Shown: positions 61,066 to 64,000 of the stretch, in pieces
Position numbering within the stretch: the stretch's first letter is position 1
Layout of the letters: each line of letters begins with the position of its first letter
Source of the DNA: Chlorokybus atmophyticus
Taxonomy: Eukaryota > Plantae > Mesostigma and Chlorokybus algae
Length of the DNA stretch: 64,000 nt
Direction: 5' to 3'
Assembly: GCA_009103225.1 (NCBI GenBank)
Contig: RHPI01000560.1
Span: forward strand, 726,524-790,523
The notes under the pieces: model-generated
Told to the model about the DNA's origin: nothing
The model's database searches: none
The model's input: only the letters and a program-made list of their open reading frames with translations
Translations under genes and position numbers: made by a program

Positions 61066-64000
61066 ATGACCTCCCTTTACTCCAAGTTAAGAAAGGTCAA
61101 GATCTTGGACCTTCTTTAGCTGCCTACTCTTGAAAGTTTACAATTTTGAACCTCCCTTAGCTTCCTGCTTTCAGAGTTCTTAAGTAAATTACAATTGCTT
61201 CGCATGTATGAGCTTATTACTTTTTGAACTGCAGACAACCCCTGGCAATTGTTAGCCGTGGTCAGGGACCGCAACAAAAGCCTGCAGGCACGCAGCGGGA
61301 ACAAAGTGCCACAAACTAGAAGCAAGACAAGACTCCTCCGCAGAAGACACCTGAAAGTTCCACAAACCTGAAAAAGCCGGTTGAGATTTCTTCCGAAGAT
61401 GACAAGCAGGACAGGAAGCAAGTAGACACCAGTGACGGACAGCCCAGCAACAACAAAAAGCAAGACCAAGAAGATTTCAGCGTCAGCAGTGATGCAAAAA
61501 CCGTCATCTACTCATGTGAGTAACCAAGGGTGTGCAGCAGATGTCTCTGAATTATATGTGACGTTGACAAGTACATGACAAGCTTGTGTTGACAAATAGC
61601 AATCTGGAGTTGCCATGGGCAAAATTGCAAAATTCAATCAAAGTCATCCTCGTATTAAGCGCTGCAGTGTAGAAAGCAATAGCTGAGCGCCAACATGTTT
61701 GGAAGTTGCGGTACATGGGTCCGGGAAATTACCGTCTTAATGTTAAGCGTAAGGTGAGCGTTGTGTTTATAAGCGTGGGTTACATGAGTTCCAAGATCCT
61801 GGGTTACTCGAGTTCCAAGATCCGGCTTAGCTTACCGTGCACAGGGCAACACATCTACATACGCTCTGCTTGGAGCGTGGTGCTCAGATGGAAAGTCCAT
61901 CTACTGTCTCTAATTGCCCTACAGCAATATCAACGACGACAATGACGTCATTGTGCAAAAAGCCGAACTTTTAATCTTGTCCAAAGCAAAGGGGTTCATA
62001 TTCAAGTTAGAAGAAGCTGAGGCAGAGAACGAGCTCGATCAAATGGATCTTGCAGCAAGTGTCAACCGAAGGGTGCTGAAGCATCTGTGGATCCAACAGA
62101 CGACGTGAACAAAAAGTTCTTCGAATGGCCGCGAGGTAGCTTATGGCATACCACATCAATGCCAAGGGCTTGACAAGTCTAATACTCTTGTTTTGCTTTG
62201 CAGACCTGCCCGATAACAGCGCGTCACCCAGCAAGGGCAAGGCAACCAAGCCTTCCACGTCCACATTAGAAGATTCAGATAACTCCGATAGTGACAAACC
62301 TATAGGCTACTCACCTGTCATTGAGATCAGTAACAAAAGTGAGCTATTGTATTCGGCTTTGGCCTGCTTGTCATTACTCTGTGTGCATTGGCTCAAGGCA
62401 TAACCACTAAGTGCGTTGCCATAGGATATTCGATAGTCGCTTGCTTGTCTTATGTTTCAGGCCTGTTGAATCGGTTGAAGCTGCCCCCTTTGTTTCAAAC
62501 CTCTGGAGGAAACACCTTGTTCAATGTTCCCATTGATCGGACGATGCTTGCTCGCCCGGGCCATTCCCTGAGACCGGTGAACGATGCTGGGCTGAAGCTT
62601 GTGGAGGGCGAGATCGACGCTGGCCTGCCAAATTACAAACGGTGGATTTAATTGGTGCTCGAAAAGATTGGACCCACAGAATGGCGTCAAGTGCTAGCAG
62701 ACGAGTTTTTGCTGGACACGTCGAGCGAAAGATGGCAGTTCAAGAATCTGTGCGGGAATCACTCGCTGACTATATCAGCGCAGGCATTATGACCATCCAG
62801 ATGATCCAAAATGGGCGTCTTAAAGGATCGAGGTAGGCTGCTTTGTTGTTGTTAAGTTCTGATACCTTCAATAACTGACCAACAACATTATATGTGACAA
62901 GTCGTGACCAACATCGATAGACTTCAAATCCTCAACCTGAGTAGGCTGCACAACTTGCAGCATGAGCTGTGACAAAAGTCCACGCCATTTGGGGTTATGC
63001 ACGCCATGCGTGACATCTAAAAACAGCATGGTCAACCGTTTAGGCTGTCCATTGGGCAGACCCGCAAGACAAGGTGGGCTGAAGCGTGGCTTGACTGCTC
63101 ACGGTCATGGATGGTCATCTTGCGAGAGTCCCTGACGCCTTCAACGGATGACGAGGTGGCTAAAGTCCCCCAAACCAAGCGCGTCCATGTCACGTACGGC
63201 TTTAAAATCGTATCTATATACAATGCACAACATCCGATACAGCTTTCTACATCTCCGTTAATTACATTGCTACTGCAGGATTTGCGATGGATCTCGGTCT
63301 CTCATAGCCAGATTATCAGCGCTTTTTCCATGTGCTGCACAGCAAAGAAGACTTGTTTATGGCCGATGGAAAGCCGAACACAGCGCAGGGCATTTCCCTA
63401 AATCTCTTGGACAACTTTACTAAACTCGAGCCCCCCCAAATCATGAGCGTTGTCAATCATCTAGACTCCGGCCGGCTGTCCGTTTCGAGAAACAAAGAGT
63501 TTGTCATTGTCTGCAACAACATGCGCAAAAGAGGCAGATTCAATGGATTTATCACTGCCAAGGCTTTGAATGAAGACTTTGGCAAGCCTGGGTACGTTCA
63601 ACCTGATCTGCTTGCAGCGTTCCAAGTTCTTAAACCTTTCTTAACACCCATCTCTTGGAGGGTCAAGATTTTGAACCTTTCTTAGCTGCCTGCCATTTGT
63701 CTGAACGCAATTGTTATGCTTGCAGCAATAAGGATCGTCTTTGCTCAAAATACTCTGAGCTTTTTAGAAAGCTGGATTTGCTCTTCTCCAGAGCTCAGAT
63801 GCATGGCTTTTTCATGAGAGAGCTGATAGCAACGAGACCCAAGGTACAGACGAAAGAGTCAGAAAAAGACGTTGAGAAAAAGCCAATAAAGGCGGGCAAG
63901 GTGAAAGGGAAAGGCCAGCCCACAGATGTCCAACAACTTGAAGATTGAGATCTTCCCGTCGCTATACGGGATGATCTTAAAGAACTCACGGGCTCCAAGC
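61066..64000 (+). pseudogene. Decayed multi-exon gene of unknown family, possibly with a ParB/Srx-like domain (runs off the window)
   Basis: Exon-like blocks with GT-AG borders (e.g. phase-matched intron 63592-63725); HSLRPVNDAGLKLVEGEI...FKNLCGNHSL. TAG stops at 61317 and 63305, plus frameshifts. Confidence 0.45.

Overview
Eukaryotic, intron-rich green-lineage genomic DNA. Plant-type UPL6 and RBL20 N-termini, short GT-AG introns and teloboxes suggest an early-diverging streptophyte alga (inference). About 6-44 kb is a compact run of spliced genes: RETICULATA-RELATED 5/6-like, a bacterial-type class IV HDAC, UPL6, MIC10, mitochondrial ferredoxin, a low-complexity CCCH/CCHC zinc-finger protein, a rhomboid-like UBA protein, an R3H/G-patch protein and a KIAA0930-like protein. 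Both ends are nested-transposon zones. Left: a DD35D pogo/Fot1-like element (1569-5106, TA TSD) splits the REL-endonuclease remnant of a CRE-like non-LTR element. Right: an intact 7-exon PD-(D/E)xK nuclease-like gene with a probable transit peptide, a second pogo-like element (44638-48920), a decayed Sola2-like transposase, and an 81-bp hairpin array interrupted by a full-length L1 (14-bp TSD). A decayed multi-exon gene with a ParB/Srx-like motif ends the window. The most novel-looking signals are an apparent tandem Nudix-fold region in the L1 ORF1p and the nuclease-like gene. All domain calls come from motif recognition by eye and need profile searches.
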